This document shows, piece by piece, positions 17,427-27,202 of a DNA stretch of 64,000 nucleotides (position 1 is its first letter; each line of letters opens with the position of its first letter). This DNA is from Candidatus Nanosyncoccus sp. (GTDB taxonomy: Bacteria > Patescibacteriota > Saccharimonadia > Saccharimonadales > Saccharimonadaceae). A program made the position numbers and the translations under genes. Location of the stretch: positions 312-64,311 of the forward strand of contig JAZUND010000019.1 of assembly GCA_045603965.1 (NCBI GenBank), read 5' to 3'. The notes beneath the pieces are model-generated. The model did not search any database. It saw only the letters and a program-made list of their open reading frames with translations, and was not told the origin of the DNA.

Positions 17427-17626
17427 TGCTGAACCCTCCCTAAATGAAATATATTTTTAAAAGTGCTAACCTCATTATAGCACACTTCGCCTAAAATGTC
17501 AATGGCTATATCATACGATTTCATCGAAATCATAAAAGAAAAATAGTGCGGGTAGAGAGAAAGTCTTCTCTCGGTCCCACTCCACAGAAACTAAAAATAA
17601 CCACAAGTGGTTATTTTTACTTTCTC

Positions 17627-17701
17627 TGGTGCGGGTAGAGAGAATCGAACTCTCATCTCAAGTTTGGAAAACTTGCATACTAACCACTGTACTATACCCG
17701 C
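17627..17701 (-). tRNA. tRNA-Gly (TCC)
   Basis: Cloverleaf, anticodon arm CAAGT-TTTCCAA-ACTTG, GTTCGA T-loop, CCA end. Confidence 0.95.
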
Positions 17702-17714
17702 AACAAATTCTTAA

Positions 17715-17792
17715 TGGGGTGGGATACCAGGATCGAACTGGTGACCTTCTGGACCACAATCAGACGCTCTAACCATCTGAGCTAATCCCACC
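17715..17792 (-). tRNA. tRNA-His (GTG)
   Basis: Anticodon loop TTGTGGT, encoded G-1 pairing with C73, CCA end. Confidence 0.95.
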
Positions 17793-17818
17793 ATACGCTA
17801 AATTATACACTATTAAAT

Positions 17819-18454
17819 CTATTTCGGCAAGAGTAAGAATGCTACCGTCCCAGCCGCTGCACCGAGGATAATCGTAATGATTATCGTCACCACTAGCCCC
17901 ACCTTGGAATCTTTTTCAGGCTTGTCAATAATCGTCACTGGCCCAGACGGCGTTTCTTTCGGCACCATCACATTCTTACGGTAAACGTTCTTCGACAACG
18001 GACGTTTTGTCACTTTCTCGGTATTCACAAAAGATTTTTTTACTGGAAGCACCTGCTTCTTCGCGCTAACGCCAGTCGTTATAGCTGTTGGCTTCTTCGT
18101 AGGCACCGCCGCAACTGGCTTCTTTGCTGTAACCACAGGCTTCTTCGCAGCGCTACTCAGCTTTGCCATGCCATCAACGGGCTTCGTTACTGCCCTCGGT
18201 TTCACACTAAGCGGTCGCTTATTCACCTCTGTTTGCACAAACTTTGCCCGATAATCTTCCACCTTCGGAGTATGCAAAGCAGTCTTCGGCTTCGTCACGC
18301 CAGCTTGCACAACTTTTTCCCGTGCCTCAAATAACTGGCTCACATCCAGCTCGTTCACCTCAACAAAATCTTCCTGCCTTATTCCTGCGGCAGGCCTATG
18401 AACAGGTTTCTTCGCTGCACCTTTCGGCACAAAGTCCATGTATCTTTTGTTCAT
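17819..18454 (-). CDS. Hypothetical Lys/Pro/Val-rich protein with C-terminal membrane anchor
   Basis: C-terminal hydrophobic helix VGLVVTIIITIILGAAAGTVAFLLL; overlaps the tpiA stop. Confidence 0.75.
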   Translation of the reverse strand: MNKRYMDFVPKGAAKKPVHRPAAGIRQEDFVEVNELDVSQLFEAREKVVQAGVTKPKTALHTPKVEDYRAKFVQTEVNKRPLSVKPRAVTKPVDGMAKLSSAAKKPVVTAKKPVAAVPTKKPTAITTGVSAKKQVLPVKKSFVNTEKVTKRPLSKNVYRKNVMVPKETPSGPVTIIDKPEKDSKVGLVVTIIITIILGAAAGTVAFLLLPK

Positions 18455-19221
18455 GCTCTCACTCTCTTAGCAACCTCTATTATATCAGCAAACTCGTCGA
18501 GAATCAAGGATGCCCCACCCACCAAAAGTCCATTTACACCAGGCACCGTCAAATACGCACCAGCATTGGAATGATTCACACTACCACCAAATAAAATTGG
18601 CACTTCTTCAGCCTTTTCCTCGCCATATATTTCCTTCAAATTTTTTCGAATCAACTTCACCACCTCAGTTACATCCATCGGAGAAGCCAGTTTTGAAGCC
18701 TTAGTAGATGAAATCGCCCATACCGGTTCGTAAGCAATAATTACCTTATCTATATCCTCCTCTGACACCTCAGATAGTCCTCCTAGCACCTGATCACGAA
18801 TCACGTCTGCCGCTTCACCAAATGCACGCTCGCTCTCCGTTTCTCCCACACACAAAATCGGCGTTATTTTATTTCTCACCGCCGCCGCAACTTTTTTGCG
18901 CACAACTTTATCATCATCGCCAAACTTATATCGTCGTTCTGAATGTCCCACAATGCAATAATCGGCCAAACCTTGCAACTGTGCAAAAGACGTTTCGCCC
19001 GTATAAGCACCAAAATCCTGGTAAAACGCATTCTGCGCCCCAAGTTTCATCTTGTGCCCACCAATCTGTAACGACAAAGACTGTAACGCCACCGTCGATG
19101 GCGCTATCACCACCTGTACATCCCGATAATTTGGTATTCGTTTTAATAGTTTATGAAGATAAATTGAAGCCTCTCCGACTGTAAAATTCATCTTCCAGTT
19201 GCCCACGATATAAGTTTTCAT
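18451..19221 (-). CDS. tpiA: Triosephosphate isomerase
   Basis: GNWKMN, GAYTGE, GHSERR, AYEPVWAI, LFGGSV, LVGGASL. Confidence 0.97.
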   Translation of the reverse strand: MKTYIVGNWKMNFTVGEASIYLHKLLKRIPNYRDVQVVIAPSTVALQSLSLQIGGHKMKLGAQNAFYQDFGAYTGETSFAQLQGLADYCIVGHSERRYKFGDDDKVVRKKVAAAVRNKITPILCVGETESERAFGEAADVIRDQVLGGLSEVSEEDIDKVIIAYEPVWAISSTKASKLASPMDVTEVVKLIRKNLKEIYGEEKAEEVPILFGGSVNHSNAGAYLTVPGVNGLLVGGASLILDEFADIIEVAKRVRA

Positions 19222-19251
19222 AATAACATTATAGCATGTTATAATTAAAGT

Positions 19252-20025
19252 ATGAAAAAAGTTTTAGCATTTGACATTGACCAAACCCTTAACGTCGCCA
19301 AGACTCCCATCACCGATGAAGTCGCAGATTTGCTCGTTAAATGTCTCGACCATTTTGAAATCTGCCCCATTTCCGGTCAAAAATTCGACCAATTCCTCGT
19401 TCAAATCGTCAACCGTCTACTCGACCGTGGTGCTAAACCAACTGAACTCACGCATTTACATCTCTTTGTGGCTCAAGGCACCCAGTATTACCGCTACGAA
19501 AATGGCGACTGGCACCAAATCTACAACTACCCCCTTACTGACGAACAAGTCAAAGAAATCAGCAACGCCATCGAGCAAGCCGCTAAAGAACTCGGCTTCT
19601 GGGAGGCCGACAAGCTCGCTCCAGGTGACGAAATTATCGAGAACCGCTTGTCCCAAGTCACTTTCTCCGCTCTCGGTCAAAGCGCCGGTACCAAAGAAAA
19701 ATACGCCTGGGATCCAGACTGCAAAAAACGCGGGCGAATTGTCGCCCGTTGTAAAGAACTTGCACCAGATTACGATTACGAAATCGGCGGCACTACCTCA
19801 ATCAATGCCATCATTCCTGGCATGAATAAAGAATTCGGCATGACTCATCTTTTAAAAGAGCTAGGTTGCGAAAAATCCGACATCCTCTACTTCGGCGACA
19901 TGACTCAGCCAGGTGGCAACGATTATCCAGTCGTTAAAATGGGCATCGACACTATTACCGTCAGAAGCCACGAAGACACCGCCTTCGCTCTTCGCGGCAT
20001 TCTCGGTGTCCTCGGCGCCTTGTAG
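19252..20025 (+). CDS. HAD-IIB family hydrolase (phosphomannomutase-like)
   Basis: FDIDQTL, ENRLSQVTFSALGQ, GGTTSI, YFGD..PGGNDY. Confidence 0.85.
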   Translation: MKKVLAFDIDQTLNVAKTPITDEVADLLVKCLDHFEICPISGQKFDQFLVQIVNRLLDRGAKPTELTHLHLFVAQGTQYYRYENGDWHQIYNYPLTDEQVKEISNAIEQAAKELGFWEADKLAPGDEIIENRLSQVTFSALGQSAGTKEKYAWDPDCKKRGRIVARCKELAPDYDYEIGGTTSINAIIPGMNKEFGMTHLLKELGCEKSDILYFGDMTQPGGNDYPVVKMGIDTITVRSHEDTAFALRGILGVLGAL

Positions 20026-20092
20026 TCCCATCAAAGCGCGTAGCATTATTCCGAAAATCTCACATTATTTTTAGCCACAACTATGCTATAAT

Positions 20093-21919
20093 ATGCTTAT
20101 GAATATTCTAATCGTGGGCAATATCTTAAAAGACGTTTATCTTAACCTTGACAGCCGCACCGAGGCTTTTGAACAAGACAAACACCATGTCAACTGGCTA
20201 AATCTCAGTTTCAATGCATCCGAACATCATTATTTCAACCGCCACAGCAGTTTCGGTGGCGCCGCCATCACTCTTCAAGTCTTAGAAAAGCTCGGTCTCA
20301 CCGCCACTGTTACTGGTTCCGATTTTCGTTATATTGAACACGACGCAGCCGACGCTCACGACATGAATACCGCTCGCTCCCACCGCTACATTCTGATTTC
20401 CGACGATGGCGTTAGCTATATCACGCCAAGCAATTTTGAGCCTACGATCTTTATCCCTTCTACTACTGAGCCAGATTACATCTACCTAGATCGCTCCGCC
20501 TTCATTATTGAAGAGAACGCACAGCAAATCTCCAGCTACCTTGATGCCCACCCGCACACGAATCTCATCGTTTATCAAAAAGACGACACCAACCCGCATT
20601 TAAATCAACTCATTAGTCGCGCCGCTCTTATCTTTACCGAAAAAACCACCACCGATATGTCTAGCTTCGATAAAACCATCTTCTTATCCGAACACGACAT
20701 TTCATACAAAAACATTACCGAACCCATCACTATTGAACGCATAGATAAACTCACTCATCTTTCTGCTTATTCTATCGCCTCCGCCACCGTGCTCGGTAGT
20801 TTCCTGCTTGGCCTCACCGTTGAAAATAGTCTCAAAATGGCCCGCGCCAACGTTGAAAGCGCCAATCTGGATTCCGTCCTTACCTTAGACGAACTAAATG
20901 CTATCGTCGCTTCCCCTTCCGAAAGCCTCGACCTTATCGCCGCCAGTCTCGTCGCTCCCCACAAAGGCATCCTCGCCGCCGACGAATCAGGCGGTTCTAT
21001 CAATAAGAAATTCGCCGAGCTAAATATTGAAGATACTTTTGAGCACCGTCACAACTATCGCAACATCTTTTTCTCTACTCCCGATATCGAAAATTACACC
21101 AGCGGCATCATCCTCTTTGACGAAACCGCCCGCGATTTCGCCGATAACGGTCAGCGCATCCCAGATTACCTCATCTCCCGTCGCATCATTCCAGGCATCA
21201 AAGTCGATCAAGGTCTTGAACCATTACTAGATCACCCAGAAGAAACCTACACCAAAGGCCTTGCCGATTTACCACAAAGGCTTCGCGAATACTATGGCAT
21301 GGGGCTTCGCTTCGCCAAATGGCGTGCTGCTTTCAATCTTACCCTAGATGATCACGGCAACATTTTAACCCCCACCGATCACGCCATCACCGAAAATTGC
21401 CGCATTCTCGCCGAATACGCCCGCGATTGTCAATCCGCTGGTCTCGTCCCCATCGTTGAGCCTGAGCTAGTCTATGACGGCAACTATTCCCTCACCCAAT
21501 CTGTTGAAGTCACTGGCCACATTTTAAACATCCTCTTCAAAACTCTCGAAAGTTTCGGAGTCAACCTACGCGCTTGCATTTTGAAATGCAACATGGTCCT
21601 CGCTGGCAAACGCTACCACACTCAGTCTACTCCAGAAGAAGTTGGCAAAGCTACCGCCGAAGTTTTAAAAAATCACGTTCCATCTGAGCTTGCCGGTATC
21701 GTGTTCCTCTCTGGCGGACAAACTCCAGAACAAGCCACCGATAATCTCGCTTCTGTCATCAAAAACGGTCCATTCCCTTGGCCAGTCACTTTCTCCTTTG
21801 CTCGTGCCTTGCAAGACCCAGCCCTCTATGCCTGGAAAGGCGATCATGCCAATGCTGAAGCCGCCAAAGAAGCCTTCCTCGCTCGTCTCAAAGCCAACTC
21901 CGAAGCCTTAAATAGCTAA
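20093..21919 (+). CDS. Fusion: degenerate PfkB/ribokinase-like domain + class I fructose-bisphosphate aldolase
   Basis: C half: KGILAADES, PGIKVDQG, RFAKWRA, VPIVEPE, LKCNMV, FLSGGQ, FSFARALQ. N half: ILIVGNILKDVY, SSFGGAA. The start may be ATG 20099. Confidence 0.88.
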   Translation: MLMNILIVGNILKDVYLNLDSRTEAFEQDKHHVNWLNLSFNASEHHYFNRHSSFGGAAITLQVLEKLGLTATVTGSDFRYIEHDAADAHDMNTARSHRYILISDDGVSYITPSNFEPTIFIPSTTEPDYIYLDRSAFIIEENAQQISSYLDAHPHTNLIVYQKDDTNPHLNQLISRAALIFTEKTTTDMSSFDKTIFLSEHDISYKNITEPITIERIDKLTHLSAYSIASATVLGSFLLGLTVENSLKMARANVESANLDSVLTLDELNAIVASPSESLDLIAASLVAPHKGILAADESGGSINKKFAELNIEDTFEHRHNYRNIFFSTPDIENYTSGIILFDETARDFADNGQRIPDYLISRRIIPGIKVDQGLEPLLDHPEETYTKGLADLPQRLREYYGMGLRFAKWRAAFNLTLDDHGNILTPTDHAITENCRILAEYARDCQSAGLVPIVEPELVYDGNYSLTQSVEVTGHILNILFKTLESFGVNLRACILKCNMVLAGKRYHTQSTPEEVGKATAEVLKNHVPSELAGIVFLSGGQTPEQATDNLASVIKNGPFPWPVTFSFARALQDPALYAWKGDHANAEAAKEAFLARLKANSEALNS

Positions 21920-21972
21920 ACCATACCAACAAAAAATCTCTCGTCCCCTCCGCGAGAGATTTTCTAGTCTTA

Positions 21973-22638
21973 TTATTCGGCTTGTTCTTCTGGTTTCGCA
22001 CCGTTTTCTGATGGCACATCTGCAGCATCCACTGCTGGCTCCGCCGCCTCAGCTTCACGCTCTGCCGCTTCCGCCGCTGGATCGTAAAGCGATGCGACCA
22101 CCTGCTCAGAATCAAGTTCTTTGTCGGCAAGTTCTACACCTTTTGGCAGCTTAATGTCAGCAATCGTAATCTTGTCGTCAACATCTTTTAGTGCACTTGC
22201 ATCTACTGTAAGTTCTGCCGGCAAATCCGCAGGCTTCGCTTTCACGTCAATCTCTTCCATCGCCTGAGTCATTGCAAAATGATAAATCTTCGACGCATCA
22301 GAGGCTTCAAAATTCACAATCACGATTGGAGTCGTAGCTTCCACTACTTCGTCTGCCGATATAGCCTGAAACTCTACGTTTACAATCTTACGAGATACCG
22401 GATCAATCTGTACGTTCTTCACAATTGCAAGCTGTTTCTTACCAGCCACGTCCAAATCAATTGGTGAATGGTAGCCAGCCTTTTCCAAAACTTTTTCCGT
22501 TGCTACATATTCAGACGAAGTAAGCACCGGTGTCTTTTCACCGTAAATTACTGATGGAATAAGTCCGCTTGCCCGCAAGCTCTTAATCTTTTTACCTGTC
22601 ACTTCACGCTTTTCAAGCGTTAATTTGTATTCAGCCAT
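21973..22638 (-). CDS. rplY: 50S ribosomal protein L25 / general stress protein Ctc
   Basis: LRASGLIPSVIYG, VKNVQIDPV, DDKITIADIKLPKGV, acidic tail. Confidence 0.92.
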   Translation of the reverse strand: MAEYKLTLEKREVTGKKIKSLRASGLIPSVIYGEKTPVLTSSEYVATEKVLEKAGYHSPIDLDVAGKKQLAIVKNVQIDPVSRKIVNVEFQAISADEVVEATTPIVIVNFEASDASKIYHFAMTQAMEEIDVKAKPADLPAELTVDASALKDVDDKITIADIKLPKGVELADKELDSEQVVASLYDPAAEAAEREAEAAEPAVDAADVPSENGAKPEEQAE

Positions 22639-22690
22639 TTTAATCCTTTTCTACTAATTTACATTATTTTATCACTTTATAGCTGTTTTT

Positions 22691-23170
22691 TCAAGATACC
22701 CTCTTAACCTTCACCATCGCTTCTCGCAAAACTTCGCCCTCATAATAATACCCAGCCCTTAATGTTTCCGCCACTATCTCTTTTTCACCATCACCTTCCG
22801 CCATCACCGCTTCATGCACATCAGGATTAAAATCTACGCCTTCCCCTGACTCTATCTTGCTAAGACCCAATTCTTTCATTACTTTGGAAAGCGACTTTTC
22901 TAGCGGTTTTAATTCTTCGTAACTCTCAATCGCTCGATCAATATCGTCAAGTAGCGGCAACATTTTATATACCGTCGCCAGCCTTGCCGCCTTTTTCTCA
23001 TTTTCCTTCTGCAGTTCCACTTGTTTACGAAAATTCTCAAAATCCGCCCGCGTCCGCTGTAAATCTCCCACTAGCTCCGCCATTTGGCTTTCTAGCGTTG
23101 AGGTATCAACCTCTTTCTTACGCCCCTCCATAACATCATTTTTTTGCTCTTTAGTCTTCTTATCTAGCAT
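22691..23170 (-). CDS. grpE: Nucleotide exchange factor GrpE
   Basis: LQRTRADFENFRKQ, LLDDIDRA, FNPDVHEAV, GYYYEGEVLREAMVKV. Confidence 0.95.
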   Translation of the reverse strand: MLDKKTKEQKNDVMEGRKKEVDTSTLESQMAELVGDLQRTRADFENFRKQVELQKENEKKAARLATVYKMLPLLDDIDRAIESYEELKPLEKSLSKVMKELGLSKIESGEGVDFNPDVHEAVMAEGDGEKEIVAETLRAGYYYEGEVLREAMVKVKRVS

Positions 23171-23179
23171 CTTTCCTCC

Positions 23180-23905
23180 TTATAATATTTCTTCCAACAT
23201 TTGGCCAGTCCGCTTCACGAGCTGCGTCACCAGAGCATAATTTTGCCTAGTCGGCCCCAGTACACCAATATAACTCCTGTCCGAAAAAGGTGACTTAAAA
23301 CGTGAAATTATGAGCGACACCTCAGAATTTTTCCCAATCGGATTCTCATGACCAATAAAAATGTTAAGTGGCTGTCCAGGCGCCGCCTCTCTAAGCCACG
23401 GCTCCAAATTATCTAATAGTTTCGCCACCGCCTGCACTCGCCTCGTATCGTTAAACTCTGGCTGAACAAAAAGCCGCGATATCCCAGAAAGATACAACTG
23501 CCCACCAATTGTCGCGAGCCCCAAATTCCCCGTCAATTCCACCAAAGTGTCCACCGCGCCCCTAATTGCCGCATCCGCACGCGATTGCGAAGTTACTCGC
23601 ACTTCTAGCACGTGCGTCCCTCGCTCCAGTGTTTTCTGCTCTGCCACACCAGGTCGCTCATCCATCGCACCATCCAAATTATTCACATAAAATCTATATC
23701 CCGCATCAGTCGGTACTCGCCCAGCTGAAGTATGAGGTTGTGCAATTAGCCCCAACGCCTCCAGCTTTGCCATCTCCGCCCTAATCGTTGCTGGCGACAC
23801 TCCAAACAACCTCGCCATCGTCACGCTTCCCACCGGCGATGCTGTTTCCGCATATTCCTCTATAATTTGACACAAAATCTGCTTTTGCCGTCCTGTGATT
23901 TCCAT
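23180..23905 (-). CDS. hrcA: Heat-inducible transcription repressor HrcA
   Basis: RQKQIL..IIEEY...[45 protein letters not shown]. Start moved to MEITGRQ. Confidence 0.93.
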   Translation of the reverse strand: MEITGRQKQILCQIIEEYAETASPVGSVTMARLFGVSPATIRAEMAKLEALGLIAQPHTSAGRVPTDAGYRFYVNNLDGAMDERPGVAEQKTLERGTHVLEVRVTSQSRADAAIRGAVDTLVELTGNLGLATIGGQLYLSGISRLFVQPEFNDTRRVQAVAKLLDNLEPWLREAAPGQPLNIFIGHENPIGKNSEVSLIISRFKSPFSDRSYIGVLGPTRQNYALVTQLVKRTGQMLEEIL

Positions 23906-23922
23906 ATCTTCATTATATGAAA

Positions 23923-23949
23923 TTAGCACTCAACTGTCAAGACCGCCAA
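23923..23949. promoter_or_regulatory. CIRCE element (HrcA operator) over the hrcA promoter
   Basis: TTAGCACTC-N9-GACCGCCAA versus consensus TTAGCACTC-N9-GAGTGCTAA; overlaps - strand TTGACA-17-TATAAT. Confidence 0.75.
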
Positions 23950-24087
23950 CCACACTTTTACCACCCGCCCATCGCAACAATAAGCATTTTTCTCTTTACA
24001 AAATAGTAATTTTGTGTTACAATGGAATCATATCCTTTTTCAAAGGGTAAATTTATGAGTTATCTCAACGAACCTTAGGAGGAAAAC

Positions 24088-24372
24088 ATGGCAACTAGAC
24101 AGAGGATCTTCAAAACAGATCGTAGCAATACTGGCTACACAGCCACTCTCGCCAAAGGCGTCGTCACCGTTCGCATCAACAATAACGGCGCCCAGGGCAA
24201 CAACGCCATCGTCGGCATTTACGACCCGGAGAAGCATCTCTGGCAGAACGACAACGGCCGCAAGGTTCTCCCCTGCAGCATCAAGAAGCAGATCGAACGG
24301 GCCTTCAAGCCCCTTGACGTTGGAATCGCCGAACAGAACCACAAAGCCAAACTTTGTGCGTCCAGCACGTAA
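24088..24372 (+). CDS. Hypothetical protein (94 aa), orphan cassette
   Basis: SD AGGAGG; upstream TTTACA...TACAAT; terminator GCCCTAGC/GCTAGGGC followed by T's. Confidence 0.7.
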   Translation: MATRQRIFKTDRSNTGYTATLAKGVVTVRINNNGAQGNNAIVGIYDPEKHLWQNDNGRKVLPCSIKKQIERAFKPLDVGIAEQNHKAKLCASST

Positions 24373-24432
24373 CCCCTCCCCCTTCTTTGCCCTAGCCTAT
24401 GCGCTAGGGCTTTTTCATGCTATACTAGACAC

Positions 24433-25056
24433 ATGAACGACAAAATCTCCACCATCAAAAATTGGCTCGGCACCGGCTCCATCAATATCTTCGGACTCCC
24501 CATGTCCGGCAAAGACACTCAGGGCATCCGCCTAGCCGGCACTTTGGACGCCAAATTCCTCTCTTCGGGCCTAATCATCCGCGCCAAAGAAAAAGAACTC
24601 AAAAAAGATTATTCCGAACATGGCGAGCTTATTCCTACCAACGTCTTCTACGAATGGGTTCTGCCTTATTTTGAACGTCAAGACCTTTACGAATATCCAC
24701 TTATTTTATCCTCTATCGGCCGTTGGTCTGGCGAAGAGGACTCCGTTATGACCGCCGCCGCCAGCGCCGGCCACGATATTAAAGCCGTTATTCTTCTCAA
24801 TATTTCCGAAGCCGACGTCGAAAATCGTTTTGAAATGGCTAAATCCCTCAATGATCGTGGCGAACGCAAAGACGACCTGGATCTCACTACTTTCCGTACC
24901 CGCCTAGAAGAGTTCCGCACCAAGACTCTACCAGTTATTGAGCATTACCGTGACCTTGACCTACTCATCAATGTCAATGGTGACCAAGATCGTGACTCAG
25001 TTTTTAACGAAATCGTCGAAAAACTTTACCGCACAGCCGTCGAAGCTCATGTCTAA
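24433..25056 (+). CDS. Adenylate kinase / nucleoside monophosphate kinase family
   Basis: P-loop IFGLPMSGKDTQG, LSSGLIIR, RKDD...RLEEF...TLPVIEHY. Confidence 0.85.
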   Translation: MNDKISTIKNWLGTGSINIFGLPMSGKDTQGIRLAGTLDAKFLSSGLIIRAKEKELKKDYSEHGELIPTNVFYEWVLPYFERQDLYEYPLILSSIGRWSGEEDSVMTAAASAGHDIKAVILLNISEADVENRFEMAKSLNDRGERKDDLDLTTFRTRLEEFRTKTLPVIEHYRDLDLLINVNGDQDRDSVFNEIVEKLYRTAVEAHV

Positions 25057-26443
25057 ACTGCCATCCCGTATAAATAACTCCTAGCGCCACCACACCAACT
25101 ACCGCATAAAGCGCCACAAAGGAAGACTTTTCTTCATAAACTTCCGTCACCAAGCTATAATCCGCACCTTTATTTTCCACAATTTTACGACATCTTCCCG
25201 TTTCTTCATTCAAATAGTACCCCTCTTTGCATATCGTAGCAGACGCCACTTCTTCAATCTTTTTGCACCTACCGGTTAGTGGATTCAAATACTGTCCATC
25301 TGTACATACCTTTTCCACCACTTCGGTAACCTTGACACAATTTCCAGTCACTTCGTTAATTACTTTACCCACCTCACAAGTTCGAAACTCTTGGTAATTA
25401 TTTGCTTCGCCCGGCGTAGGCGCATATGTCGTCCGCCAAATTTCACCGCCATCTGCATCATATCCAATCAAAGCCCACGCCGTTCCTTTCCGTTGACCAC
25501 CAGGATATTCGAGTCGCGCTACTACTGCTCCATCCACGTCCGCAAGCTCTAGCACCCCAACGTTTGTTGGGTTTTTTGTCACCGCAAAATCCGTCAAGTA
25601 TCTCGCCACGTATTCTTCTGCCTTCAAAATCCCCGTTAGCGGATATGTCTTATTTTTATATTTAAGAGCACATCCATCCAACAATACTTGCTCAGACGTC
25701 GTATTATAAACTTCCACAAATTGTTCTGCCTGCGTTTCCTCATAATAACTCAGTATCTCGGAAAATATCACACCAGCACATTGTGACACCTTACCGTAAC
25801 CCTCATCATCCTTCTCTTCCACATAATAATCCGCATTATCGTACTTCACTTCATAATCGTCTACCGCCATATGCCCAAATTCACCAGTTTCCACATTCCT
25901 CACTAGCACCGTCGGACTTGCCGATTTAAATTCTTTCGCACAACCTTCTTTTCCATCCCAGCATACACTATCTATCACTTCGCCGTCTCGCATTAGCACA
26001 AGTGGTCCCGCTTTAAATGCCAAAGTTTTTGCGTAATTGAGCGCCGCCAGCTCGTGCCCAGGCGAGCTGGCTAGGCGAAGGAGGATGGTCTCGCCAACCA
26101 TATAACTGTTCTCGGGAAATTCTACCAACGTAGTCATATTCCCGCTTGAATTTGTATAGCCTACAGTTAGGCCAGCGAGCGAAATCATTTCATCGGAGCG
26201 TCTTCTGCCAATTTCTATCGCTTCTCCGACATTTCCCACTCCATCAATCGTATACCCAGGATTTACCATCTTAATATACACTTCCGGCAATTTCACCGAA
26301 TCGTTATCACTACTTTCCACCACGCAGTCCACCTCACATTCCATGCTTTCCGCTCGCACGTTATCACGCATCACGAATAATAAACTCATTATCACCCCAC
26401 ACGTCGCCCAGAAATAAATCATAATTTTTCTCATAGCCCACAC
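25004..26443 (-). CDS. Surface protein with lamin-tail-like domains, Cys-rich repeats and C-terminal anchor
   Basis: VIFSEIL...EQFVEVYN (LTD-like); three CxxGxxxNxxTGxC repeats; C-terminal TM and basic tail. Confidence 0.75.
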   Translation of the reverse strand: MWAMRKIMIYFWATCGVIMSLLFVMRDNVRAESMECEVDCVVESSDNDSVKLPEVYIKMVNPGYTIDGVGNVGEAIEIGRRRSDEMISLAGLTVGYTNSSGNMTTLVEFPENSYMVGETILLRLASSPGHELAALNYAKTLAFKAGPLVLMRDGEVIDSVCWDGKEGCAKEFKSASPTVLVRNVETGEFGHMAVDDYEVKYDNADYYVEEKDDEGYGKVSQCAGVIFSEILSYYEETQAEQFVEVYNTTSEQVLLDGCALKYKNKTYPLTGILKAEEYVARYLTDFAVTKNPTNVGVLELADVDGAVVARLEYPGGQRKGTAWALIGYDADGGEIWRTTYAPTPGEANNYQEFRTCEVGKVINEVTGNCVKVTEVVEKVCTDGQYLNPLTGRCKKIEEVASATICKEGYYLNEETGRCRKIVENKGADYSLVTEVYEEKSSFVALYAVVGVVALGVIYTGWQFRHELRRLCGKVFRRFR

Positions 26444-26494
26444 CCTAGCAAATTCTTACTAGAATTACAACCCCCCACATGCTATAATTAAGGC

Positions 26495-27202
26495 ATGAGC
26501 ATTTTCATCCCTGTAATTATTCTCATCTTGGTTGCGCTTATCCTGAGTTTTTTACAATTCTCGCCAAGCCTTTTCTCATTTTTCTATCATTACGCTCTTG
26601 GTAAATATTCCCATTCTAAAGCCGACAATCTCGCACTTGATTACATCCTCGGTGCCGAAACAATTTCCGCAATTGTTTGGTTTGCCATCTATGTTATATT
26701 TTTCGCAATCTTTTACCACAACCCCAACCTCAGTTCAAGCATCATCCCGTGGATAATCACCGGCATTTTATGCGCTGAATCAGTTTTTGCTTTCTTTTTC
26801 TATTTTCGCAAAGGTAAATCTACCGCACTCTATGTGTCACGTTCCGCCGCCAATACCTTCTTAAACGATACCAAAAAAGTCACTTCACGTCGTGAAGCCT
26901 TCATGCTGGGATTTATGTCCAAAGTCCCCGAACTTATTTTCACCATTCCAATTTATTTACTTATTGTTTATATTCTCGCCTATTCCACGTTCATTCCGTC
27001 AGCCATCACTATTATCTTCTTTATCATCATCTCCACCATCCCGCTCTTCATCATTCGCACCATTTACCGCGCGGGTCGCACTCTCGCCGATATACAACGC
27101 ATGCGCACTAAGACTAAACTTTTCATCCGTCTCACTCTCACCATTAGTCTTTTGTTACTCACTATCGCAACTTCATATTTAGGAATAGCTTATTATGGAT
27201 AA
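26495..27202 (+). CDS. Hypothetical multi-pass membrane protein
   Basis: About 6 hydrophobic segments; leaderless start (TGCTATAAT + 6 nt). Confidence 0.75.
   Translation: MSIFIPVIILILVALILSFLQFSPSLFSFFYHYALGKYSHSKADNLALDYILGAETISAIVWFAIYVIFFAIFYHNPNLSSSIIPWIITGILCAESVFAFFFYFRKGKSTALYVSRSAANTFLNDTKKVTSRREAFMLGFMSKVPELIFTIPIYLLIVYILAYSTFIPSAITIIFFIIISTIPLFIIRTIYRAGRTLADIQRMRTKTKLFIRLTLTISLLLLTIATSYLGIAYYG

Noticed and set aside
16671-17432. 253-aa + strand ORF, and similar long shadows at 15636-16502, 2122-2790 and 2181-2843
   Set aside because: Antisense shadows of better-supported genes; no SD, promoter or recognisable motifs.
24040-24342. 100-aa - strand ORF
   Set aside because: Overlaps 24088-24372 (+), which has the promoter, SD and terminator.
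26046-26071. Perfect 9-bp GC-rich inverted repeat in the lamin-tail gene
   Set aside because: Short, isolated and not associated with an obvious peptide insertion.
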